Part shown: positions 25,437-37,779 of the stretch, in pieces
Numbering within the stretch: the first letter of the stretch is position 1
How the letters are laid out: each line of letters opens with the position of its first letter
Origin: Octopus sinensis
Lineage: Eukaryota
Direction of reading: 5' to 3'
Assembly (NCBI RefSeq): GCF_006345805.1
Contig: NC_043000.1
Location: 98,208,001-98,272,000, forward strand
Length of the DNA stretch: 64,000 bases
Position numbers and translations under genes: made by a program
The notes under the pieces: generated by a model
The model's database searches: none
What the model was told of the DNA's origin: nothing
The model's input: the letters and a program-made list of their open reading frames with translations, nothing else

Positions 25437-27256
25437 AAAACAAAACAAAACTGTTTTATGTTGGTCATGCAGGTAGGGGGAATCCAAAGCAAAATAATGG
25501 AGTGGCAATGAGTGACGGTCAGAGATGTTAGATTTGTGTGAGACTTACTTTGAAGTCACTGGTATTGTAATCAAAAGGAAACTGCAAATGTAAATTATAT
25601 TTTATTAATCATTTACGCACACACACTCAAAATTTAATATTAAACTCTTAAAGATATCATCATTTGCATAACATTTATAAATTGCTTATACCTTCTTTTT
25701 TTTTGTCTAAATCGGTTTTTCCGTGCTTGCCCTTCCTGATACTAACACTAATTTCTTTTTCCAAGTAATAGACAACTTATTTTACATGTTTTCAAAAAGG
25801 GGAGTTTATGGACATGGAGTTGTCAACAAAAACCAATTTCAACTATCTTTCTCAGAAATGTAAACAAATATACACATGTATATACACACAGGCATACACT
25901 CACAAACATGAATACATACATATTGTATACACACACATCCATCCATGCATGGTTATATATATGGCAGAAAAGATAGAGAAGCAAAAGTAAGTACAAGGAG
26001 TGTCTTCACATGGAAAGTTGTGTATACAAATGAATGATATAATCAAGTCTTGATTTACACCATTCATTTGTTTGAATACACATCTTCCCATGTGATTATA
26101 CTACTGACACTTACTTTTGTCTATGTTTTCTGTTGCTATAGCCACTCAATGAAGATCATTCTTATAGTAGCTCTTTCTACCTCAGCACTACATGCACTGA
26201 ACTAATGAGTTGGAGTTTAAGTTTCAGATCTGTCTGGGCACTGTTTGGTTACTGTCTCTACCATGTTTATTTTAGCATTCTTTTACACATTCTTTGTTTT
26301 CATCATTTTTCATGCTGGCATTGGCTGGACAGTTTTTAGGATCTAGCAAGCTGCAGGGCCATGTTGAACTCCAGTGTCAGCTTTGGTGTGTTTTCCGTAT
26401 GCCTTTCCTAATGCCAGCCACTTCACAGTGTGTTCTTGGTGCTTTTTGTTTTTCATTGTTACTGGCTCTAGTCAGGTTGTTAGGTAACTTAGAAGAAAAG
26501 AAATGGAATAAGGAAAAACTCCTTCAACTATGTGTGTGGTGAGGTAGTACTTGAGAGGAGATGGTGGTTTTGTGCCAGGTGTTGAGAAACTGAAGTGTGA
26601 TACAAGGACAAGTCAAGTGTCTTTCTACGCTGCATTATATAAGGCTGAATGGGAGTAGCTGGAATGAAGATAGTGATGGTGAGATGTAAGAGCATCCCAA
26701 GATACAAGAGGGTGGATATATGGAAGTATATAAAGAATGGATTAGATGGGGTAGAGAGAAAGAGTAGCTTTGTAAGACTGTAAGGGGGGAGTAATAGATG
26801 GTCAGATATAGAGGTAGAGTGTAGTGAGTGATGAACAGATGAATGGGAAATATCTGTTTGGAATCTGAAGAAAATAGTAGTCTTGTGAAATTTCTTTATA
26901 GACATGTACTAGCTCTTGTTGTATTCTTGTGTAGTCCTATATGAGAAAACTTATGTGCATTTCAGACATGATCATCTCGGGCAGAGTGTACGTATGAAAG
27001 GATTTTGGTGCTATTTTTTGTAGGTTGGGCAACCACATAGGTGTTCTTGTTGGCTTGTCCAAAAGATTGTTTTTTTGCTCTTTGTTTCTGATTGTAAAAC
27101 ATTGACAGTTTAGAGTAATCAAATAAATAGAATAGAATTTTAATACTTTTGGTAGTTATTGTTTTTTGGCCATCATTTTAATCCCCGTTTTCTTTTACAG
27201 ACATAGCTAAGGCTTCATTATACATTATCACATGTGAACAGTTGCTTTCCTTATAT

Positions 27257-27470
27257 ATAAGGAGGTGCTGAAAAGTTCCTGGCTTCAAGGGATAGCGCAA
27301 AAGGCTTGGTTTGCCCAACCTCTGAGTTCTTTTACAGGACTTAGAATGACTGATGGACCGCTGCAATAAGTGTGTGAATCTGAGAGGGGAATTTGTTCTA
27401 TAAAATCCTTAGTTGATCCTCCTGTATTTTCATTTACTCAAAGCCAGGGACTTTTCAGCACCCCCTTGTA
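27257..27470. mobile_element. Tc1/mariner-type MITE, same family as 16973
   Basis: TIRs ggaggtgctgaaaagttcctggctt / aagccagggacttttcagcaccccc with TA flanks. Confidence 0.75.
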
Positions 27471-27804
27471 TATAATACACACACACACACATATATATAT
27501 ATATTAAAAACATGAATGAGTTTTCTGGTATTCTTACAATAGTTTCATTAGTTTTTATTTTGAAACTCCTAACAAAACAATTGTAGCAACACTAGAAAAT
27601 CCATTTGTTTGTTTTTATTATTTGGTGCCACACTTAAGGTTTGTTGTTGGATACTTAAGGATATTGGAATTGCTGGTTATCTAATTATAGTGTTTTTACT
27701 TCATTGATGACTTCTGTGCTATGATATTCAATTACTTACTGTCTGTTTTGTGGTGCTTCCCTTGGACATGCTTTGATATTATAAAGGTTCTATATCAAAG
27801 CATT

Positions 27805-28130
27805 ATAATAATAATGAACTTGTATACAGTGCTCAGGTGCACTACAACTTAGACAAAGAAACCAAAAATGCATGAACAGTACATAGAATATGCACAGGAA
27901 GTGAATAGTGAATGTCTTTAAAAAAAAAGAAACAGATGGGGAGCATGCTGGTGAATTTCACGTAGTATGGAAGTTTTGAAGGATGTGGTATCTCGACAGT
28001 TAGCAAATGATGCAGTTAGTTTATTCCGTGTTTCAACAATACTGAGCATGGAAAAATATTTCTGAAAGTCATGGGTGCTCTGTTGGTTTTTGATTTTATA
28101 AGCATATCCATGAATGTCAGGATGTATGGA
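27805..28130 (-). mobile_element. CR1-like LINE 3' end
   Basis: Minus frame reads HDFQKYFSMLSIVETRNKLTASFANCRDTTSFK, with an (ATA)n tail at 27805. Homologous to 56686-56896. Confidence 0.7.
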
Positions 28131-28293
28131 ATTCAAAAATGTGCTCAAGGTTGTTGTTGGAAATGTGGTGGATAAACTTTGTGGGTGTCTACTAAACCAG
28201 TTGTCAGAGCCCTTTATGGAGATGCCACAGCTGAGATACTGACAATGAAAGGCCCTACCCAGCAACAGAATGAAGTGACGGTAGTGGAGACGC

Positions 28294-28340
<47 letters not shown>

Positions 28341-30488
28341 CTCTCTCTGGTTGGCCTTGGGGCTATAGTAAAAGACACTTGCCCAAGGTACCATGCAGTG
28401 GCACTGAATCCATGAATACATGGTTTGAAAGCTTCTTAACAAAACAACTATGCCTGCACATGCACTCAGTAGCTGAATAACTAAGTTTACTTAGTCTGTT
28501 TCACAACCCTGATACCTGGGGTTTGGTCCCATTATATGATATTTGGATTGACCTATACATTGTGTGATAAAGACAGTAAACAGAAATTGCATGGAAACCT
28601 GTTGGGTAGATTGTACCTAATCTTGTTACTATGTCATGTGGATATTGCCGAAGAATTGCATTATGGGTACATATGTCCATAGAAAGCTTAGCCACTTACT
28701 CATAAATTCAGGAACAGGTGTTTCTGTTGATATATGTGTATATGAGAGCAGAATAAAATAAAACTGTTCTCATTTAGCTCTGTCTGTTAGCAGAGATTGG
28801 TATATAATGATGGATTAAATTACTCTTTTTTTCTGAAGATCTAGTAATTCAAGCTGATTATGCAAACATCTGTGTAACAATTACTGCACAATGTTCATGA
28901 AACACTTGTAAAGATTTTATAATTTATGATGTCATAAGAGGGCTTTAACTAAATCAGTTTTATTCTACTCTCAGATGTCACACTCTTCAAATTATTCAAA
29001 TTATTCAAATAGCAAATGAAAAAAAAAAAACAGAAGATAGAAAATAGGACACATGTTTAATGAAAGTTGGATATACATTGATTTATATGGAGTTCTAAGC
29101 CTTGGTTAATTGTTGTACTATCTCGTTTGAAATAGCACTTTTTCAATATATATATATGTGTGTGTGTGTGTATGTATATAAGTACACATGAAAGTATAAT
29201 TTTCTTAGATTTTGTAATTGAAAACAAAATATTTTAAATTACGAACATTAAAACCACATCTTTTAACAAATAATGAAATGTGCATTGTAGATGTAGTATG
29301 GGGGCATTAGTTGTAACAGCGTGTTGCATCCACCATTTACTGGTAATTTCCTACTCCTTACAGATGATATCTTTGCACCTCTCAGGCAACAACCCTCCAA
29401 CCAATGGGTAGTCGCTGCTGGTAAATGTTTTACAAAGTTGAAGTGCAAATTCTACCTCGACCTCTTTTAGTTGCCTCTTATGGCATGCAGAGGAAGCATT
29501 GGGTCTATTCTTTGACATGCCAGTCCCCTCACAGCACTAGAACAATATGAAATGAAATGTTTTGCTCAAGAATAAAACATGTCACCTGGTCCAGATATTG
29601 AACCCATGATCTGGCAATCGTGAGTGCAACACCCCAACCACTAGTCCACAAGCCTTCACCAGCCATGCACATTTGTATTCATAGAAAATTATTTCGCTTG
29701 CACAATTTATCTAAAAATTGGGTAGTTAATAAATTTTTATCATTTGTAATGTATGAAGTAAAGATAAATGAAAGGATACCTAAGATATGTAATGCTAATT
29801 TTCTTATTTCACTTACACTGTCATTTCACATTGGAAATAATTTTGTCTTGGATAAAAATAAAATGAAAACAAAACGAAAATTGGGAACTTAATAGAATAT
29901 TTATATATTTTTATATTTAGAGAGAGAAGTTAATTTTGGATTGTTTTAGAAGATATTTGATTACTTTTTGCTTGATTATCATTACTGTTTTCTTTCTTTT
30001 TCTTGGCAGAAACAAAAATCTTAGCTGAGTTAATAACCAAAAATAAATATGAAACAGAAATTGATATTTTAGTTAGATAAATATTTGATTACAGACTAAT
30101 CTTCACTCATATATTTCTTCTGTAAAGACTTGAAATTTTAAATACATGTTCTGATACTGTACTGATTAAAAAATTTTTTTTTATGTCACTGTTTAAAATG
30201 GTCTTGTAGTCTAGTTTTCTGTTAGCAGTTTTGTTAACTTAGTCTATTGCCAGCTTAAGTAGTGGTGTTGATAGGGGTTTATTATAAAATGGGTTGAAGG
30301 CCATATTTTATGTTGTTTATCTTATGTAATATTTTATTCTGAACTCTATGTTGTTTACTGTGTAATATTTTATTCTGAACTCTAGCATCCATTTTATTTT
30401 TTTCATATCTAGTTTATCTAGGACTACATAATGCATAGTGCCTCTAATATGGTAGTGAAATGTGATGGGGTTGAATGATAGCATAGAG

Positions 30489-30644
30489 CAATGGTTCTCA
30501 GCCAGGATCCATATGACCCTTGGGGATCCATATAAGATCTTGTTGTCAAAATTGAAGTGCAATAAATTGGTTGTGTTTGTAGTGACGTTTGAATAAAATA
30601 GAAATCAAAGAGGTACATAAGCAAAAACTAGCTGAGAACCATTG
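30489..30644. mobile_element. hAT (Charlie-like) MITE
   Basis: Perfect 14-bp TIRs CAATGGTTCTCAGC / GCTGAGAACCATTG. Flanks gcatagag and gtgtagaa look like a decayed 8-bp TSD. Related to 49845-50104. Confidence 0.75.
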
Positions 30645-32749
30645 GTGTAGAAGTTCCCTCCTTTGCTCAAGGACTCTGTGTAAATGAATGGCTACCCACT
30701 CCTGGAACATGATTTCAAATCCATTGCAGGGATTTCTTTCTGTTGTTGAACGACACCTTTCATTGTCTGTATCTCAGTTTGGCTATCTCTCTGGGACCCA
30801 TAGCAGCATTTCTTTGAGAGTGACTTGTGATAAGCCACTAATCTGTTCAGGAGTAGATTTGTTTCTTATCTACAGAACACAGTACAAAGTTTATATAAAT
30901 ACTAATCATGTGCGCCAATGTTGTTCATGCAAGAACATTACCTTTTAAAAGTAATACTTACTATAGTGCTTCTTGTTTTCGGTATTTGCAAGAAGAGCTG
31001 CAAATCTTGGATATTCATAAAAATTAAGCTATAAACTGATACACCATCTGGATGTATAACACATCCATTCTACTTCATTTTCTCACTGTACTTACAATAT
31101 TTTGATTGCTGTTAATTGTATTTTTCTTGTTTAAAAATGACGACCTGTGTAGAATGTAGTCATATTTGCATCTCAGTATCATATATTATAGTTTAAAATA
31201 ATTTTTAAAAATTATATTCTCTAATATTGATTTTTCAAGGTTTTATTTCTTTTATATTCTAATTTTTATGCCAAACTAATGTAGATGACTTCGAATAAAA
31301 ATCTTGTAAAACAGGTAAAGGTTAGCTAGAGAAGGAGCAGCTAGCTGTAAAATACTGCCTCAGATAAGTATCTATCCAACCTAAGCTGGCATAGAAAAAT
31401 TAACATAAAACAAATGAATAAAGCTATATGAACATATATATAAAGAGCCAATTGCAGTTTTTGACTGACAAGAGAAAGATTTAAAATCCAGCTTTCCAGT
31501 CATAATATTAGCTAGATAAATTGTCAGGTGGTGTAAGACAAATTAAATATTTTTGTAAACTGTAGGATTCGAAGAAATATTGCTAGTCTACGTTGATAGT
31601 TGGTGAGCATAGACAGTTGAGAAATGGAAGAAGTGGTTTGTATTGAGGGAGAAGAAAAGTCTTGGAGAATGATATTTTCTGAAAACCAATTTATTAAACC
31701 TTTGAACAGTTTATAAACACTAAATATTTTTGAGTTTCTGGGGAAGATATCTTGAAAAAATTTTGCTTAACAGTTTCCTCAGAAGTAATTAGTATTCAAA
31801 ATCAATATTCTAGTTTTGAATATTTTGTTACCATATTTTAAAAATATTGTCTGTGCTTCAATTATTTGCTTCAGTTAATTTTGAAAATAATTCATTAAAT
31901 TTTGTCATTATTAATATAGTGTTTAGAATATAAATTAACATGAAATTTTGATGGAAGGTTTTATTTTGGATTATAGGGAATTTGTATCATAGAGTCAAGG
32001 GTAGTTGCAGGCAGGTTGGCGTAAGAGAGGTTAAAAATTGCATCCAGTTTTTACCTGTATTCTTTTATTCGTTCAAGTTATTGGACTGTAGCCATATTGG
32101 GGCACCACCCTCAAGGGTTGAGTTGATCATATCAAGTCCATTACTTATTTCAGTTTGGCATTTATCAGTCTATATTTGCTGAACTCTTCAGTTATAAGAC
32201 ATAAAGGGACACAAACACAAACTACATATATTTTTATACCATAAACAAAGTTACACACACACATGTGTGCTTCTGAACAATTTCTATCTCTCTGTTGATG
32301 GCTTGCATTTATTATGCTTTATAACATATCAGGCTTAATACTCTATTTTGGTTTGTGGTGAGCAAATAAATGGGGACTACGTAAAATTGAGAGGGCAACT
32401 TATCTTTTACATGTTTCAGTCATTAGACTGCAGCTATAGTGGGCACTCTCTTGAAGGGCTTTTAGTTGAACAAATCAACTCCAGTACTTGTAATTTTTAA
32501 GTATCAGTCTCTTTTTGCTGAACTGCTTAGTTATTGGGGTCTAAATTAACCAACACCGGTTGTTAAGCAATGTTGGGATACAAATACATAGACAAAGAGA
32601 TATATGTGTATGTGTATATATATATATATCATCTTCATTTAAGCTCCATTTTCCAAGCTGGCATAGGTTGGATGGGGGCTGCACTTGGCTCCATTGTCTG
32701 TTTTGCTATAGTTTCTACAGCTGGATGCCCTTCCTAATGCCAACCACAT

Positions 32750-33215
32750 TGCATCTAATTCCTCTTATGACCAACTTTTCTCTCAATATTCTAGCGCTCT
32801 GTCATGCATGTACACTGATATTGCACATCCAGCAACGCATACTAGCTTCATTCCTTTCTAGTCTTTGCATCTCCTCTGCATTCAAAGCCCATGTGCCACT
32901 ACCATTTGGTATTGTTGTTTGTACACATGCATCATACAACCTTCCTTTCACTGAGAGAGAGAGACCTTTGGTTGCCAACTGAGTTAAAAGCTTTTAGAAC
33001 TTTCTGCATCCTATTCCTATTCTAGCAATTACACTTTTGGTACATCCTCCTCTACTGCTTATTTGGTCACACAAGTGACAGAAATTATCTACTACTTCTA
33101 AAGAGCCTCCAGGGCATTCGAGAAACTTCCTGTGTATCTGTAGAGTTTATGGCTCCTGTGCATCTTCCTCATACAAACACTATTTTCTGTTAAATTTCCT
33201 TTTATTCCACTGCAT
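32750..33215 (-). mobile_element. RTE-clade LINE RT remnant
   Basis: Reverse complement is homologous to 17770-18110 (..KGRLYDACVQTTIPNGSGTWALNAE..). Confidence 0.7.
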
Positions 33216-34096
33216 CTCTTGTGTGTCCATAGCTTGCACTGGGTACACCATGTGGAATACCTGCCTGCACCTTTCCTACATATTCAGTAGGGCCATTTAC
33301 CTGAATGGGGTAGGGTCCAGTTTATTTATATGTATATATATATATATATTTATTTACACACACACACACACAACTGGCTTCTACACAGATTTTGTCTGCC
33401 AAATTCAGTCACCAAGTGACTGGTTGACCTGGAGCTGTACTGAAAGACACTTGCCCAAGGTTCCATGGAGCGTGACTGAACCTGAAACCACATGGTTGTA
33501 AAGTGAGCTTTCTAACTGCACAGTCTGTACCTATATCTTGTTGAAGATATGATAAATTCTCTAATGTTGGTGCTCCAATATAATGTAGCCAGTACTTTCT
33601 GTAAGGTGATTGGTGATAGGAAGTCTAAGTGTAGAAATCAAGGCAAAAATACCATTTTATGAATGAGCAAGACATGGTTCTCCAGCTTGTCTAGGAGATA
33701 AGTAACTTCAAATAAGAATTGACTTGATCTGTGACAACCAGTCTGACTCATGCTAACAAGAAAAATGAATGTAAAATGGCTGTATTGATGGTAGTGCCTA
33801 TATTAGTAAAGATGAGCTGGCTGGTGACATTCAACTATTTAGTTTCTTTTCTGGTCTTTTTCTTGAGAGAATTTGGTTTAATATTTGCAAATACTTTATA
33901 TATTTCGTATGCATACATTTGCAGTAGAGAAAGCATTTTATTGGAAGATAACCAACCTTGAAATATTATCATTGCATAAGATTGTGAGCTTGTCTGAAAT
34001 ATTTTATGAAAGTGTATACTAACCATATGAAAACGGAATCTTTAAGAATATGAAAATGTTGAAATTCAAATGTTCATTTCTTTTTTCTCGTTTCAG

Positions 34097-34351
34097 CACA
34101 TTTCAATTATAAGGTCTGGTTTCCCATTGGCAACCGCCGAAAAGGGTTAAAACATCAACGACTGAAAGCGTGAAGATTAAAAAAAAAAGAAGTGCCCAAT
34201 CCTCAAAAACTAGCACACACTGCACATCTGAGGATTGTCAGGAGTCTCCAGTATATAAAGGAAGGCTTCGACTGGGATAGAAAGACAAATAATTACTTAC
34301 TACTGTCTGCCTGTCCTCTTTGAAAGAATCAACATCACTTTTGGCAAAACA
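34097..34351 (+). other. CSDE1: CSDE1 5'UTR part of the start-codon exon
   Basis: Acceptor ttcttttttctcgtttcag| ends at 34096. No ATG before 34352. In-frame TAA at 34256-34258. Confidence 0.6.
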
Positions 34352-34390
34352 ATGTCTAACTCAAGGAAAACAACTAGTCCTCAGTGGAAG
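34352..34390 (+). CDS. CSDE1: CSDE1 coding exon 1: MSNSRKTTSPQWK
   Basis: aaaacaATG context with A at -3, upstream in-frame stop, donor AAG|GTTAGT, phase 0 joining the next exon in frame. Confidence 0.75.
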
Positions 34391-34448
34391 GTTAGTCAAA
34401 CTACCTCTCCAAACAGTTTTTTCACCTTTTTTTTTATCTCTCTCTCTG

Positions 34449-34484
<36 letters not shown>

Positions 34485-35563
34485 TGTTTTGACTATTTTT
34501 TCTTGATTTAACCCTTTAACTGTGAAATTAAATGTCATGGTTATTCCAGTAATGATATTAAATATCTACTGAAAAATATGAGTACTTTCAGTAAGTCATG
34601 TTGTCTTAGTAAACTTAATGTATCTCAATAGAACATAGTTTCAAGCATGACATTCCTTAACAAAAGATAGATTGGTATATAAAACTGCTTTCTACAGTTA
34701 AGTGTAATGACATTTTGAGTGGACATATCTGATATCTCCTGTAAAATATTTAATGTTAATCTTCAGTGTATGATAACAGATGGATCAGAATTTGAGATCA
34801 ATTGATAACCTTTTAGAACATTTCTACCTCATTAAGGAACTTAACAAATTCACAAGCCAGTAAGCAACAGTCTCTATGAGATTGCTTGACATGCTAGAAA
34901 TGGAAGCGAATTCTCATTCAAACCATTGTATTGTCTTAAAAAAGGACACAGGATAATGCAGTTAGGAGTATATATAGGATTTATCCTGAGTACACTGTTC
35001 TTGAAAAAAAAATCCTGGGTGGTCATGGTTTGAATGTCTTTGAGTATAGATGAGGTTGAAATGGTGCTAAACAATAATTCTTTGTGTTGGAAGTGTCATT
35101 AACTGGTTAAAAAATTTATACACTGTCTGGAATATCCCTGTTAATGAAGCCTGACATTGAAAATAGTTTTCTGGCATTGCAGTTACTGTTGATGGTAGGA
35201 TGGAGCACGTTTATGGTTAATAAAGGGATTCTCTAATTTTTCATCGCATGTAGAAAGGAAATATTTTGTATTGTAATAGTATCCAGTATAATTAAAAATG
35301 AAATAGCTTCTCTTAATATTATTTATCAATGTTTGTAAAACCATTTTGTGAGCTATTGAGGGCACTATTGAGTGGTCAATCCAAATTTCCCTCAAATTGT
35401 GTGCTACTCTTTTGGAAAAGTTGGCACACATTGGATATGCAATGCTCCAGGAAAAGCTGGGATAGTCATGGCAGCATTATCCCATCTTTGTTCAGAGGTT
35501 GGTTCACTCAAGGTTGACTTGGGGTTAATTATCAACAACAATTTTTGTGAATGAAAATCATTT

Positions 35564-35635
35564 ATTTTCTTCAGCAGATATCCAAGAAATTATGATAATA
35601 TAATCATAATTTCTTGGATATCTGCTGAAGAAAAT
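35564..35635. repeat. Perfect 33-bp inverted repeat with 6-nt loop
   Basis: attttcttcagcagatatccaagaaattatgat-aatata-atcataatttcttggatatctgctgaagaaaat. Confidence 0.95.
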
Positions 35636-36221
35636 TTCCTAAGTTTAAGTTCTAAACATTCTTCTGTTATGTGTCTGAAATGGAGTGTAGCATATCTGTA
35701 AAGTATGTATATTGACAAGGTATGACCTGCAACAACCAAGGGAAAAAAATTAACCTTATTTTTTTCTCTTGAAAGTGCAATTCTATCATAGCAGTTCATT
35801 TGGTTATGTGTTAGGGAAATGGTTCAGTAGTTGAGCTGTTCATTGACACACTGTCTTATTAGTTCATTTTGCGAGATCTGAGTTGAAGCTACTTATTAGA
35901 AATGATTTTGTTCAATCCTAGATAAGACTGATTAAGTAGATCTATAATCAAAGGGCTTCTAGTTGTGACCACCCTGTCTTTTATTTAGAAACTGATTATC
36001 TTGGATGCATTATTCTGTGTTCTTTATTATGATAGTAGGGTGTGATCAGAGATTTTGCTGCTGTTTCTAGTAGGTTGCATGACCATATGGAGCTTTCTTC
36101 TGTAGCTCTACAGCTCTTTAGAAATTACTTACAGTAGTGTGAAAGAAAGTCTGTTAAATGAAGACTGATAAATTTCTGGATTAAAACTTCATATAAAATG
36201 TCCTTTTCATTTTTATTGCAG

Positions 36222-36356
36222 AATTTCCAGCCGCCAGCTCAGAATCCCTCCATTCTTTATAGCCAGAGAACACCAACTACAAACAATTCAATTGCTACTT
36301 CACCTAACGGCACAAGTAATGGAGTTCGACAAACTGGCTTTGTGGAAAAATTACTG
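36222..36356 (+). CDS. CSDE1: CSDE1 coding exon 2: NFQPPAQNP...GVRQTGFVEKLL (start of CSD1)
   Basis: ttttattgcag| ... |gtaagt. Matches vertebrate UNR RETGVIEKLL. Confidence 0.92.
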
Positions 36357-36393
36357 GTAAGTATTAATTTATACCTCTTTAAACTTTAAGTGC

Positions 36394-36772
36394 AGGAATG
36401 GCTGTGTGACAAGAACCTTGCTTCCCCACCACACGGTTCCTGGTTCAATCTCACTGCTTGGCACATTGGGCAAGTGTCTTCTACTATAGTATTCAGTTGG
36501 CCAGAGTACCTTGTGACTGGATTTGGTAGACAGAGCTGAAAGAAGCCTGTTGTGTGTGTGTGTGAGATTGTGTCTGTTTGTTCCCCCCCCCACTGCTTGA
36601 CAACCAGTGTTGGTGTGTTTGCATCCCTGTAACTTAGTGGTTCGGCAATAAAAAAACAAAAAACCATAGAATAAGTTCCAGGCTTAAAAAGAAAGAAGTA
36701 CTGCAAGTCGATTCGTTTGACTAAAGATTCTTCAAGGACCCAGCATGGTTAATGACTGAAACAAGTAAAAGA
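36394..36772 (+). mobile_element. tRNA-derived SINE family A starting about 37 nt after the exon donor
   Basis: Homologous to 8258-8643, with CpGs largely lost. Confidence 0.8.
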
Positions 36773-36898
36773 GCACCCTGTACTAAACATTTGATTCAAT
36801 TTTTCAAGAATTACAACTGTCTTTAATATCTTTCTGAACATCGTGTAATGGTTTGATTTGAACAGAAGTTTAATTAATCGTTAATTTGGAAGGAATTG

Positions 36899-37041
36899 GA
36901 TACAAAACTGTATGAAAAGTTTAACAATAATCAAACAAAAGCATGATTATTTAGGTACAAAATGTATGAAAAAGTACCTATATTTAGGTATAATATTTAA
37001 AATAACTTTCAGGAGAGGAACAATATAAAGTGAAGTTGGGT
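36899..37041 (+). repeat. 143-bp direct repeat, copy 1 (copy 2 at 38853-38995)
   Basis: Manual alignment gives 5 substitutions and no gaps. Confidence 0.9.
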
Positions 37042-37148
37042 ATTCCACAGGTCTTAATATTAACAAGGAATATCAATATCATCACCACCACTCTACTCAG
37101 ACAGTAAGAAGTGAAATATCAACTCCCTCTCTCTCTCTCACTCACTCA

Positions 37149-37185
<37 letters not shown>

Positions 37186-37731
37186 CACACACACACACAC
37201 ACACACACACAGGGCTTAGTACAGTTTCCATCTACCAAATTTATTCACAAGGCATTAGTTAGACTATAGTAGAAGATAGCATGCCCAAGGTGCTGTGCAG
37301 TGGCACTGAACCCCAAACCATTTGTTTGCAAAGTAAACTTACCTACTTTGCCATGGCTGCACTGTGACTGTCTGTTTAAAAAGCAAAAATGTCTTCCATC
37401 CTCTCAGTCAATACAGATCACTTCAAATTTCTGGTTATTTCATTAAACCAACTGTAAGTCAGAGTTGGGAGGGTTTTGTTGGCAAAAGCTTACTTTTAGT
37501 AATTTATTTGGCATTGTTTTAGATCCTTATATAGACTGGAATTTCCTCATCTTAAATGTATTTTACTTGTACTTCACCACGTCCTCTATGCATTCTTATA
37601 TCATATATTTGTAAACTAAGGCTATAAATACTTGTCTTTTCTGCAGTAGTTGGCAGACTATTACGTTTTTCATTATGAATTTAGATTTGATTTGTAAATA
37701 TCTACATTTATAAATTTTTACTTGAATTTAG

Positions 37732-37779
<48 letters not shown>

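Noticed and set aside
27918-28442. 174-aa minus-strand ORF
   Set aside because: A chimera of a SINE end, a (TG)n microsatellite and a CR1 3' fragment.
30010-30200. Exon after the strong acceptor ttttctttctttttcttggcag
   Set aside because: No convincing donor found downstream.
34120-34150. piggyBac-like right end (gaaaagggTTAA) exonised in the CSDE1 5'UTR
   Set aside because: No matching left end or duplicated TTAA partner found upstream. A short match can arise by chance.
34165-34200. UNR autoregulatory binding site in its own 5'UTR
   Set aside because: The purine run aaaaaaaaaagaagtg only partly matches the reported purine-rich AAGUA/AAC consensus, and such runs are common here.
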